From a virus, in the IMG/VR virus record IMGVR_UViG_3300047476_002124, positions 4,133 through 68,132 of that record: a DNA stretch of 64,000 nucleotides, one strand, 5' to 3'. Shown in pieces: positions 38,681 through 47,600 of the stretch (position 1 is the stretch's first letter; each line of letters starts with the position of its first letter). The notes beneath the pieces are model-generated. The model was not told where the DNA came from. It made no database searches and saw nothing but the letters and a program-made list of their open reading frames with translations. The translations under genes were made by a program, and so were the position numbers.

Positions 38681-40066
38681 ATGATGAAAAATTTTGAGTA
38701 TTTAGGTAATACCTTTCAGCTTCAGCTGATAAATCAAATAGTCCTCGACAAGACCTTTTCTGCTGCAATCATAGATGTTTTAGAAAGTTCCTATTTTGAT
38801 AACAAGTACTTCAAGATTATCACACAGATGATTAAAGAGTATCATAAAAAATATGAATCATCACCATCTTTTGATACTTTAGAACAAATAGTAAAATCCG
38901 AAATCTCTCAAGAACTAGTTGCCAAGATTGTCATGGACACCTTGAAACAAATCAAAAACGCACCTCTTGAGGGCTCAGTTTTTGTACAGGAAAGGGGTCT
39001 GAAGTTTTGTAAACAACAAGAGCTTCAGAAAGCGATGGAGAAAGCGCAGAAAATTATCAACGAAGGAGACTTTGAATCATATGATAAAGTTGAAGGGTTG
39101 ATTAGAGATGCCTTACAAGTTGGCCAAATTGAAACTGGTACCGAAGATGTGTTCCAAAATCTTGATACGGTTTTGGACGAAGACTACAGACACCCAATAC
39201 CGATGGGTATTCATGGAATCGACAACCTACTTAAAGGTGGGTTGGCTAAAGGTGAGATTGGTGTAATATTGGCACCAACAGGTGTGGGTAAAACTACCAT
39301 CCTAACTAAGATTGCAAATACCGCATTTAACATGGGTTACAATGTTCTTCAAATCTTTTTTGAAGACAATCCAAAAATTGTACAAAGAAAACATTTTACG
39401 ATATGGACAGGAATTGAGCCTGATAATTTGGCTAACCACAAAGAAGAAGTTATCAATAAGATAACCGAGATTCAAGAGACAATGAGTAATAAGTTAATTC
39501 TTAAAAAATTGGCTTCCGACACAATGACCATGAATCAGATTAAGAATCAGGTTAGAAAGATGATTGCTGATGGTATAAAGATAGATATGATTCTATTAGA
39601 TTATATCGATTGTGTTCTACCAGAACAATCATCAAAAGATGAGTGGAAGGCTGAAGGTTCAGTAATGAGAGGTTTTGAAGCTATGTGTCACGAACTCAGT
39701 ATTGCGGGATGGACGGCAACTCAAGGAAATAGAAGTTCTATTTCATCGGAAGTTGTAACTACAGACCAAATGGGTGGGTCCATCAAAAAGGCACAAGTAG
39801 GACATGTGATTATTACGGTCGCAAAAACATTACAACAAAAAGAAATGAATTTAGCAACAATCGCAATTACAAAATCAAGGCTAGGTAAAGACGGAGTTGT
39901 ATTCGAAAATTGCAAGTTCAACAATGAACTTTTAGAGATAGATACAGAAAGTTCTGTAACTTTCTTAGGGTTCGAAGAACAGAAAGAAGAAAAGAATAGA
40001 GATAGGGTAAGAGAACTCTTGGAAAAGAGAAAACAAAAAGAAGGGGTAAAAAAACAAACAAACTAA
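38681..40066 (+). CDS. dnaB: Replicative DNA helicase (DnaB / T4 gp41-like)
   Basis: GGLAKGEIGVILAPTGVGKT, LLDYID, WTATQGNR, ITKSRLG. Confidence 0.9.
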   Translation: MMKNFEYLGNTFQLQLINQIVLDKTFSAAIIDVLESSYFDNKYFKIITQMIKEYHKKYESSPSFDTLEQIVKSEISQELVAKIVMDTLKQIKNAPLEGSVFVQERGLKFCKQQELQKAMEKAQKIINEGDFESYDKVEGLIRDALQVGQIETGTEDVFQNLDTVLDEDYRHPIPMGIHGIDNLLKGGLAKGEIGVILAPTGVGKTTILTKIANTAFNMGYNVLQIFFEDNPKIVQRKHFTIWTGIEPDNLANHKEEVINKITEIQETMSNKLILKKLASDTMTMNQIKNQVRKMIADGIKIDMILLDYIDCVLPEQSSKDEWKAEGSVMRGFEAMCHELSIAGWTATQGNRSSISSEVVTTDQMGGSIKKAQVGHVIITVAKTLQQKEMNLATIAITKSRLGKDGVVFENCKFNNELLEIDTESSVTFLGFEEQKEEKNRDRVRELLEKRKQKEGVKKQTN

Positions 40067-40196
40067 ATATCTACTTTTTGTCAAAAAAACTTATTATTTT
40101 TAATGAAAAATATGGGTCGCATATCCTGCGACCTTATATTTATATCTAAAATCGACGATTTTTTATAAAAACAAATTACAAAAAAAAAAGAAAAAA

Positions 40197-42053
40197 ATGG
40201 ACATTTCGAACAGAATCCTCAGTGATATTACAGTATACATGAAGTATGCGAAGTTTATTCCTGAGTTGAACAGAAGAGAGACGTGGCAAGAATTAGTCAC
40301 AAGAAACATGGAGATGCATATTAAGCAATTCCCTAACTTAGAAAAAGAAATCAGAGAGAACTACATGTATGTTTTTAAAAAACAGGTTCTCCCATCAATG
40401 AGGTCAATGCAATTTGCAGGTAAACCAATCGAGATTTCTCCAAACAGAATATACAATTGTGCTTTTGCGCCAATTGATGATTGGAGAGTTTTTTCTGAAG
40501 TGATGTTCTTGTTACTTGGTGGAACAGGAGTTGGGTATTCTGTTCAAAAACATCATGTTGAAGCGTTACCTGAAATATTGAAACCAAACAAAGAAAGAAG
40601 TAGAAGATGGTTGGTTGCAGATTCTATCGAAGGATGGGCAGACGCAGTCAAGATTTTGGTTAAGTCATATTTTTATGGTGGTTCACATATCGAATTTGAT
40701 TTCAGTGATATCAGACCTAAAGGTGCAAGACTTGTAACTTCAGGTGGGAAGGCTCCTGGACCGCAACCACTTAAAGAATGTCTTATCAAACTTGAAGGAA
40801 TCTTGGATTCAAAAGAAAATGGAGAAAAATTGAGACCAATCGAAGTCCATGATATGGTTTGTCATATTGCAGATGCGGTATTGGCTGGTGGTATTAGAAG
40901 GGCGGCGTTGATTTCACTTTTCTCGGCAACTGATGATGAAATGATTGGTTGTAAGTCAGGTGCTTGGTGGGAGACAAATCCACAAAGAGGTAGGGCTAAT
41001 AACTCAGCTGTGTTGCTCCGACACAAAATAACTAAAGATTACTTCATGGACCTTTGGAAGAGAATTGAAGCGAGCGGAGCTGGTGAACCCGGTATTTACT
41101 TAACTAACGATAAAGATTGGGGAACCAACCCTTGTTGTGAAATTGCACTTAGACCATTCCAATTCTGTAATCTAACAGAAGTAAACGTATCTAATGTTGT
41201 GTCACAAGAAGATTTCGAAGATAGAGTGAGAGCCGCCGCTTTCTGTGGTACACTACAAGCGGGTTATACTAACTTCCATTATCTGAGACCAATTTGGCAA
41301 AGAACGACAGAGAAAGATGCTCTTATTGGAGTATCAATGACAGGTATTGGTTCAGGTGCAGTGTTGAAGTTGGATATGAAATCGGCGTCCAAAATAGTTA
41401 AAGAAGAAAATAAAAGGGTTGCTGAACTACTCGGAATTAATCCTGCCGCAAGAACAACAACAGTAAAACCAGCAGGAACTACTTCACTTACTTTGGGTAC
41501 TTCGTCAGGAATTCATGCTTGGCATAATGATTACTACGTTAGGAGAGTGAGAGTTGGAAAGAATGAGGCGATATATACTTACTTGAAAGAAAATCACCCT
41601 GAATTGGTTGAAGACGAATATTTCAGACCACACGATACTGCGGTTATTGGTATTCCACAAAGAGCACCTGAAGGGTCAATATTGAGAAATGAATCACCGA
41701 TTCAACTTCTTGAAAGAGTTAAAAAAGTACATGTTGACTGGATTAAACCTGGTCACAGGACTGGCAGTAATTCTCATAATGTTTCTGCAACCGTATCGAT
41801 TCGTGAACACGAGTGGCCTGCGGTAGGTGAATGGATGTGGGAAAATAGAGACCATTATAACGGACTATCAGTACTGCCTTATGATGGGGGTACCTATATT
41901 CAAGCACCGTTCGAAGACTGTACAAAAGAAAGGTATGAAGAACTAATGGAAACATTACATGAAGTGGATTTATCTAAAATTGTAGAATTAGATGATGAAA
42001 CAGATTTAAGCGGTGAATTAGCTTGTGCTGGTGGTGCGTGTGTTTTAGTCTAA
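40197..42053 (+). CDS. nrdJ: Class II (adenosylcobalamin-dependent, monomeric RTPR-type) ribonucleotide reductase
   Basis: RRETWQE, LPSMRSMQFAG, YNCAF, GGIRRAALI, GTNPCCEI, FCNLTEVN, TTVKPAGT, C-terminal CAGGAC. Confidence 0.92.
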   Translation: MDISNRILSDITVYMKYAKFIPELNRRETWQELVTRNMEMHIKQFPNLEKEIRENYMYVFKKQVLPSMRSMQFAGKPIEISPNRIYNCAFAPIDDWRVFSEVMFLLLGGTGVGYSVQKHHVEALPEILKPNKERSRRWLVADSIEGWADAVKILVKSYFYGGSHIEFDFSDIRPKGARLVTSGGKAPGPQPLKECLIKLEGILDSKENGEKLRPIEVHDMVCHIADAVLAGGIRRAALISLFSATDDEMIGCKSGAWWETNPQRGRANNSAVLLRHKITKDYFMDLWKRIEASGAGEPGIYLTNDKDWGTNPCCEIALRPFQFCNLTEVNVSNVVSQEDFEDRVRAAAFCGTLQAGYTNFHYLRPIWQRTTEKDALIGVSMTGIGSGAVLKLDMKSASKIVKEENKRVAELLGINPAARTTTVKPAGTTSLTLGTSSGIHAWHNDYYVRRVRVGKNEAIYTYLKENHPELVEDEYFRPHDTAVIGIPQRAPEGSILRNESPIQLLERVKKVHVDWIKPGHRTGSNSHNVSATVSIREHEWPAVGEWMWENRDHYNGLSVLPYDGGTYIQAPFEDCTKERYEELMETLHEVDLSKIVELDDETDLSGELACAGGACVLV

Positions 42054-42062
42054 AACTAACCT

Positions 42063-42260
42063 ATGGAAAATACAAATAAAGAAAGGGAGAATCAAAATCA
42101 GATTCTCCCTTCTGATTATTACGTTGAAAATAATCGAGTGGTCTTTACTGAAGAGTACCATATAAGAAGAGGTTCTTGTTGTGGGTCACATGGAGGATGT
42201 AGGCATTGCCCCTACCAACCAAAAGGAGTCAAAGGAAATACCACTTTAGTTGAAAAATAG
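42063..42260 (+). CDS. Small Cys-rich protein (DUF5522-like)
   Basis: DYYVEN.RVVFTEEYHIRRGSCCGSHGGCRHCPY. Confidence 0.7.
   Translation: MENTNKERENQNQILPSDYYVENNRVVFTEEYHIRRGSCCGSHGGCRHCPYQPKGVKGNTTLVEK
42083..42111 (+). terminator. Hairpin inside the 5' end of the Cys-rich gene, downstream of nrdJ
   Basis: AAGGGAGAATC-aaaatca-GATTCTCCCTT, an 11-bp perfect stem. Confidence 0.5.
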
Positions 42261-42280
42261 TCTGCGTATATTTATTTAAT

Positions 42281-42751
42281 ATGGCAGACGGCACAACATA
42301 TGGTTTATTTTTTCCGTTCCAAGATTCGAGAAAGGGTGACTACTTAGCACTTACGGAATTTGAACAACAAGAAATAAGGTCCGATTTAATACATTTATTA
42401 TTAACAAGAAAGGGTACAAGATATTTTTTGCCAGACTTCGGTACAAAACTTTACGATTATATATTTGAACCGTTCGATGGATTGACGTTCAATGCAATAG
42501 AATCGGACATAAGGGATTCTATAAATAGGTATATGCCCAATCTGATAGTAAATAATATATCAATTGAACCAATAACACCCGAAGACGAATTCGACGGAAC
42601 CACCACTGGAACTATAGGAAATGTTAGAACCTACGACATTTATAGAGTACCTGGTAAAAACACATACGAATACACTGCAAAAGTTAGAATCGATTATTCT
42701 ATTAATAATCTAACTTTTTCACAAAGTGATTTTGTTATTATTAATATTTAA
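42281..42751 (+). CDS. Baseplate wedge protein (T4 gp25-like)
   Basis: IRSDLIHLLLTRKGTRYFLPDFGTKLYDYIFEP...I.RYMP. Confidence 0.9.
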   Translation: MADGTTYGLFFPFQDSRKGDYLALTEFEQQEIRSDLIHLLLTRKGTRYFLPDFGTKLYDYIFEPFDGLTFNAIESDIRDSINRYMPNLIVNNISIEPITPEDEFDGTTTGTIGNVRTYDIYRVPGKNTYEYTAKVRIDYSINNLTFSQSDFVIINI

Positions 42752-42757
42752 TACAAT

Positions 42758-44596
42758 ATGGCTAACAATAAAATATCATATACAGTCAGGGACTATCAAG
42801 GAATTAGAGCCGAACTACTCAATTATGTAAAGACTTATTATCCCGAACTAATTCAAGATTTTAATGATGCATCAGTCTTTTCTGTATTTTTGGATTTGAA
42901 CGCTGCAGTGGCAGATAATTTACATTATCATATTGATAGAAGTATACAAGAGACAGTATTACAATATGCACAACAAAGGTCTTCTATATATAATATAGCC
43001 AGAACATATGGTTTAAAAATTCCTGGACAAAGACCTTCAGTTTCTTTGGTTGATTTTTCAATCACAGTTCCAGCCTTTGGTGATAAAGAAGATGATAGAT
43101 ATCTTGGTACTTTGATAAGAGGTTCACAAGTTAGTGGCGCGGGAATAGTTTTCGAAAACATTTATGATATCGATTTTACTTCACCTTATAATTCACAAGG
43201 GTTTCCTAATAGACTTAAAATACCAAACTTTAATTCTAACGGTGTATTATTAAATTATACGATTACAAAAAGAGAATTGGTTGTCAATGGTATCACGAAA
43301 GTATTCAAAAGAGTAATTTCACCAAATGACGTAAGACCATTTTTTGAATTGTTCTTACCTGAAAAAAATGTTTTAGGTATAACAAGTGTACTTTTAAAAA
43401 ATGGTACTGATTATACAAATATACCTCCCGCATCAGAATTTGTTGGATTGGCCAACAGATGGTTCGAAGTAGATGCATTAGCTGAAGATAGAATTTTTAT
43501 AGAAGACCCAACGAAAGTTGCCGACCAACCTGGTATAAAAGTTGGAAGGTATATTCAAACTAGTAACAGATTTATTTCCGAATATACACCGGAGGGATTC
43601 AAAAAAATGACCTTTGGTGGAGGAACAACTTCAGCACAAGAACAACTCAACTTATTCACAAACTTGGGAGGGCCTTTGAATATTCAGAATTATTTGAATA
43701 ATTTTTCTTTGGGTTCAGCTTTGGTACCTAACTCCACTTTGTTCGTTCAATATAGAGTTGGAGGTGGATTAGCAACAAATTTAGGTACAAACGTTATCAA
43801 TCAAGTTGGAACCGTTTCGTTTTTCGTAAATGGTCCTTCGGAAGTAACAAATCAATCTGTGGTAAATTCTCTAAGGTGTAATAATGTTACTGCTGCTATA
43901 GGAGGTGCAAACCAACCTAACATCGAGGAAGTTAGAAACTTTGTTTCGTTCAACTTTTCCGCACAGAAAAGAGCTGTGACTATCAATGATTATGAGGCAA
44001 TAATAAGAAACATGCCTTCGGAATTTGGTGCACCTGCAAAAGTAGCTATCACCGAGAATGATAATAAAGTCAAAGTACAAATATTATCATACGATACACA
44101 GGGTAAACTAACTAGCGTAGTGTCAAATACATTGAGACAAAATATTGCCACATACTTATCGAACTATAGAATGTTAAATGATTATATTTCAATATTGACT
44201 GCTGAAGTAATTGATTTGGGTGTTGAAGTTTCAGTTGTATTAACGTCAGCACAAAATTCAGGACAAATAATTACAGACGTTATAAGTAGAATCTCGAATT
44301 ATTTCAACCCACAATTCAGAGAACTTGGTCAAAACGTTAATATTTCTGAGTTAAAAAGTATTATTCAAAACCAAACAGGTGTTTTAAATGTAACATCAAT
44401 CGACTTTTTCAATTTAGTCGGAGGACAATATTCATCATCACAAACATCCATGTTTTATGCTGATGAAGAGACAAGAAAAATCCAACCTGTAGACGACACA
44501 CTTTTTGCAGAACCAAATCAAGTTTATCAGGTAAGATTCCCAACAAAAGATATCAAAGTTAGTGTGAAAAACTATCAAACAACTACATTATCTTAA
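42758..44596 (+). CDS. Baseplate wedge protein (T4 gp6 / baseplate J-like)
   Basis: RDYQGIRAEL...DFNDAS, SIYNIARTYG, YRVGGG, SAQKRAVTINDY. Confidence 0.88.
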   Translation: MANNKISYTVRDYQGIRAELLNYVKTYYPELIQDFNDASVFSVFLDLNAAVADNLHYHIDRSIQETVLQYAQQRSSIYNIARTYGLKIPGQRPSVSLVDFSITVPAFGDKEDDRYLGTLIRGSQVSGAGIVFENIYDIDFTSPYNSQGFPNRLKIPNFNSNGVLLNYTITKRELVVNGITKVFKRVISPNDVRPFFELFLPEKNVLGITSVLLKNGTDYTNIPPASEFVGLANRWFEVDALAEDRIFIEDPTKVADQPGIKVGRYIQTSNRFISEYTPEGFKKMTFGGGTTSAQEQLNLFTNLGGPLNIQNYLNNFSLGSALVPNSTLFVQYRVGGGLATNLGTNVINQVGTVSFFVNGPSEVTNQSVVNSLRCNNVTAAIGGANQPNIEEVRNFVSFNFSAQKRAVTINDYEAIIRNMPSEFGAPAKVAITENDNKVKVQILSYDTQGKLTSVVSNTLRQNIATYLSNYRMLNDYISILTAEVIDLGVEVSVVLTSAQNSGQIITDVISRISNYFNPQFRELGQNVNISELKSIIQNQTGVLNVTSIDFFNLVGGQYSSSQTSMFYADEETRKIQPVDDTLFAEPNQVYQVRFPTKDIKVSVKNYQTTTLS

Positions 44597-44677
44597 TCCG
44601 TTTATTTATTTCAATAAAGTCCTAATTTTTGATGTGGGTAAAAATTTGCCCTAAACTATTTATAGATTAAAGACTAC

Positions 44678-47600
44678 ATGGGTCAAAGCCTGAGAATTAG
44701 AAGTAAGCTTGGAATAAATCAAACAATAAATGTACCCCTCGACCAAGAATATGAATTTTTAGAGATTTTATCTTTGAAAATTTTACAGGCAGATATCTAT
44801 ACACGTTCGTGTGCTGATTATGGTGTGGTAGTTGGTAGAGTCACCGCTAATAACGGTTTTGGAATCCCGAATGCAAAAATATCGGTTTTTATTCCGATAC
44901 AGGACGAAGACTTGAATAATCCTCTCATTACAAGTGTTTACCCGTACACAGTACCAACAGATAAAAACGATGATGGGTATAGGTATAATTTACTACCTTA
45001 CGAAAAATCATATAGCAAGCACGCGGCAACAGGAACATTTCCAACAAGATTAGATGCTCTAACTGATTCTACGGTTATAGAGTTGGTTGACAAATATTAT
45101 AAGTTTACTGTTAGAACAAATGACAGTGGTGACTACATGATAATGGGAATACCATTAGGGTTTCAAACCCTTGTCATGGATGTAGACCTTTCAGACATTG
45201 GTGAGTTTTCTTTAACTCCTCAAGATTTGATAAGAATGGGATTGGCAACAGAATCACAAGTTGCCGGTAATCAGTTTAAGAGTTCAGAAGATTTAGAATC
45301 ACTACCACAAATTATTAATATTACAAAGACGGTTGAAATATCTCCTTTATGGGGTGAACCTGAAATATGCCAAATAGCAGTTAATAGAGTAGATTTTGAT
45401 TTGAGAGACGAAGCTAACGTTGACATACAACCCACGGCGGTTTTCATGGGGTCTATCTTTTCGAATAGTGAAAAATATAGAGTTAGAAAAAATTGTAGAC
45501 CAAGAGATAATACGGGGGAGCTTTGTAGTCTCCAATCTGGACCAGGACAAATATTGGCTGTAAGACAAACAATAGACCAAGATGTTAATGGAAATCCGAG
45601 TTTGGAACAATACCAATTGGAACAATCGGGTAATATAATAGACGAAGATGGGACTTGGCTTACAGAATTACCTATGAATTTAGAATACGTTGCAACCAAT
45701 GAATTTGGTGAAAAAGTCATATCTTACGACCCTAACATAGGAATTCCAACAAAGGCGAAATATAGGTTCAAAGTTAAATGGCAACAATCTAATGACTTGA
45801 CTCTTCAGACTAGAAGGGCTTACTTTATTGTTCCGAATGTAAGAGAATATGGTTGGACAGGAAATGCAGACCCATACTTAACTACACCAAAAACATCCGA
45901 TGTCTATAAACAACTTAAAAGCTCATATTACTTTGGTTTGGATTGGTCAGGGTATACTAATGGATTTGGTATCCTATCTAATCTCAAATCAGATATAGTT
46001 ACAAATTGCGAAGATAGTTTTTATCAAATGTCCTATAATAAAGTTTATACTGTGTCAAGTTTAATTGACCAATATAAAAAAGGTAATAGAGCTAGATTCA
46101 TAGGAATAAAGGAAATTGATGATGATGATTGTGCTGATTCAGTAAATAAGTTTCCTGCTAACGAAGGATATAGAAATTATGACACAATATACTTTTTGGT
46201 TGCTTTATTCATAACTTTATTTCAGTACGTCGGCCAATATCTTCTGATTTTGGCTCACGTAGTAATTGGTACCATATATCAAATAATAAGATTACTTTCA
46301 TTCAATTCCATAAGTGGGGGTATCCCATTAAGGTTACCTATGATAACTTATCCCGAATGTGAAAATTGTGAGTGTAAAGGGGAGAACGTTACAACAACAT
46401 TGATAGATGCGTCTGGTAAGGGAACACTGACACCTGTATCTACACCATCGAAATACTACGAGAGGTTTACAGAGTATCTTTACGATATGAATTATCAACC
46501 GTCTGAAGACATACCAATAATTGCAGATTTGTATTCGCAGGCTATGGGTGGTAACATAAGTTCGGGTGTTGACACAGTTTATAAAGTACCCAAATCTGAT
46601 GTACTAAGAGAGGTTTCAGAAGGTAATGATAGAATGTTTGTTTGGGGTATGGATTTACCATTGGGAGAAAGAATTAATATTTTTAATCAAAGAACAAGTT
46701 ATTTCACAGGACAGAACATCATGAAAGTGAGTTTCGACGCTTTCAATAACTTGAACTCTTTTCACTTCGATAATACGATTACTGTTTTATCTACTGTGGG
46801 ATACACTGCAGGTCAACTTCTTACTACTGTTGACCCAACAAGTACGAGTGATGTCAATGTTAGATTCACCGAAGTGGTGAGCGGGCAAACTCTTTTTGGT
46901 ATTTCCGGAACCTCAGTGACTGGACCCCAGCAAATTACAGTGAGTTATTCAGACACAACAAATCAAACAATTCAGAGAACTACTTCGTATAATTTAAGTA
47001 CAGGAACGACAATAGATAGACAAATATTCCCTATGGATAGAGAATATTTCCAAGTAGTCACTGCAATGACAGTATCAGATTATTTCGACATGATAAGTTC
47101 ATCTTCGGGACAAAATTTTCCTGAAGTTTTGAATTCACAATCTGTACTTAGACTAATGGAACAAGGAGTATCAGATTACCGAGAAAGGAATCTAGGTATT
47201 AACAATTTTTTGATTGCAAATTTTTATAAAGAATTCGATTCACAATATGTTGTAATTTTACAAAGAGGGGTTGACCCATACTCCCCATTATTAAATAATA
47301 AATATAATTTAGGGGTTATATTCGGCTCAGACTATAATAACCCAAGGTACGAATTGACTATTCAGTCAAGAGTTAATATTCCAATTCAACCAAAACAAAA
47401 CGGTCAAACAATTGATAATTTGACAACGCAGTCAGGTAACTTTTACCAATCTAATTTTTTTACGATAGGTAATGAATTCTCTGCATTTACGTCTTCTTCA
47501 GTCGGGTATTATGGCGCTATTGACGCGTCGTATACACCAACAGTAGACAATCTCGTAAGTAGATTTTTCAATGGGTTAAGGGGTATTGTTGGGAGAGGTG

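Noticed and set aside
5012-42053. Inteins or introns in the polymerase, helicases or RNR
   Set aside because: Protein lengths are ordinary, motifs are contiguous, and no intein splice or LAGLIDADG motifs were seen.
13774-44596. Bacterial extracellular contractile injection system or tailocin locus
   Set aside because: Neck/head-joining genes, tape measure and a full phage replication set are interleaved, indicating a true phage.
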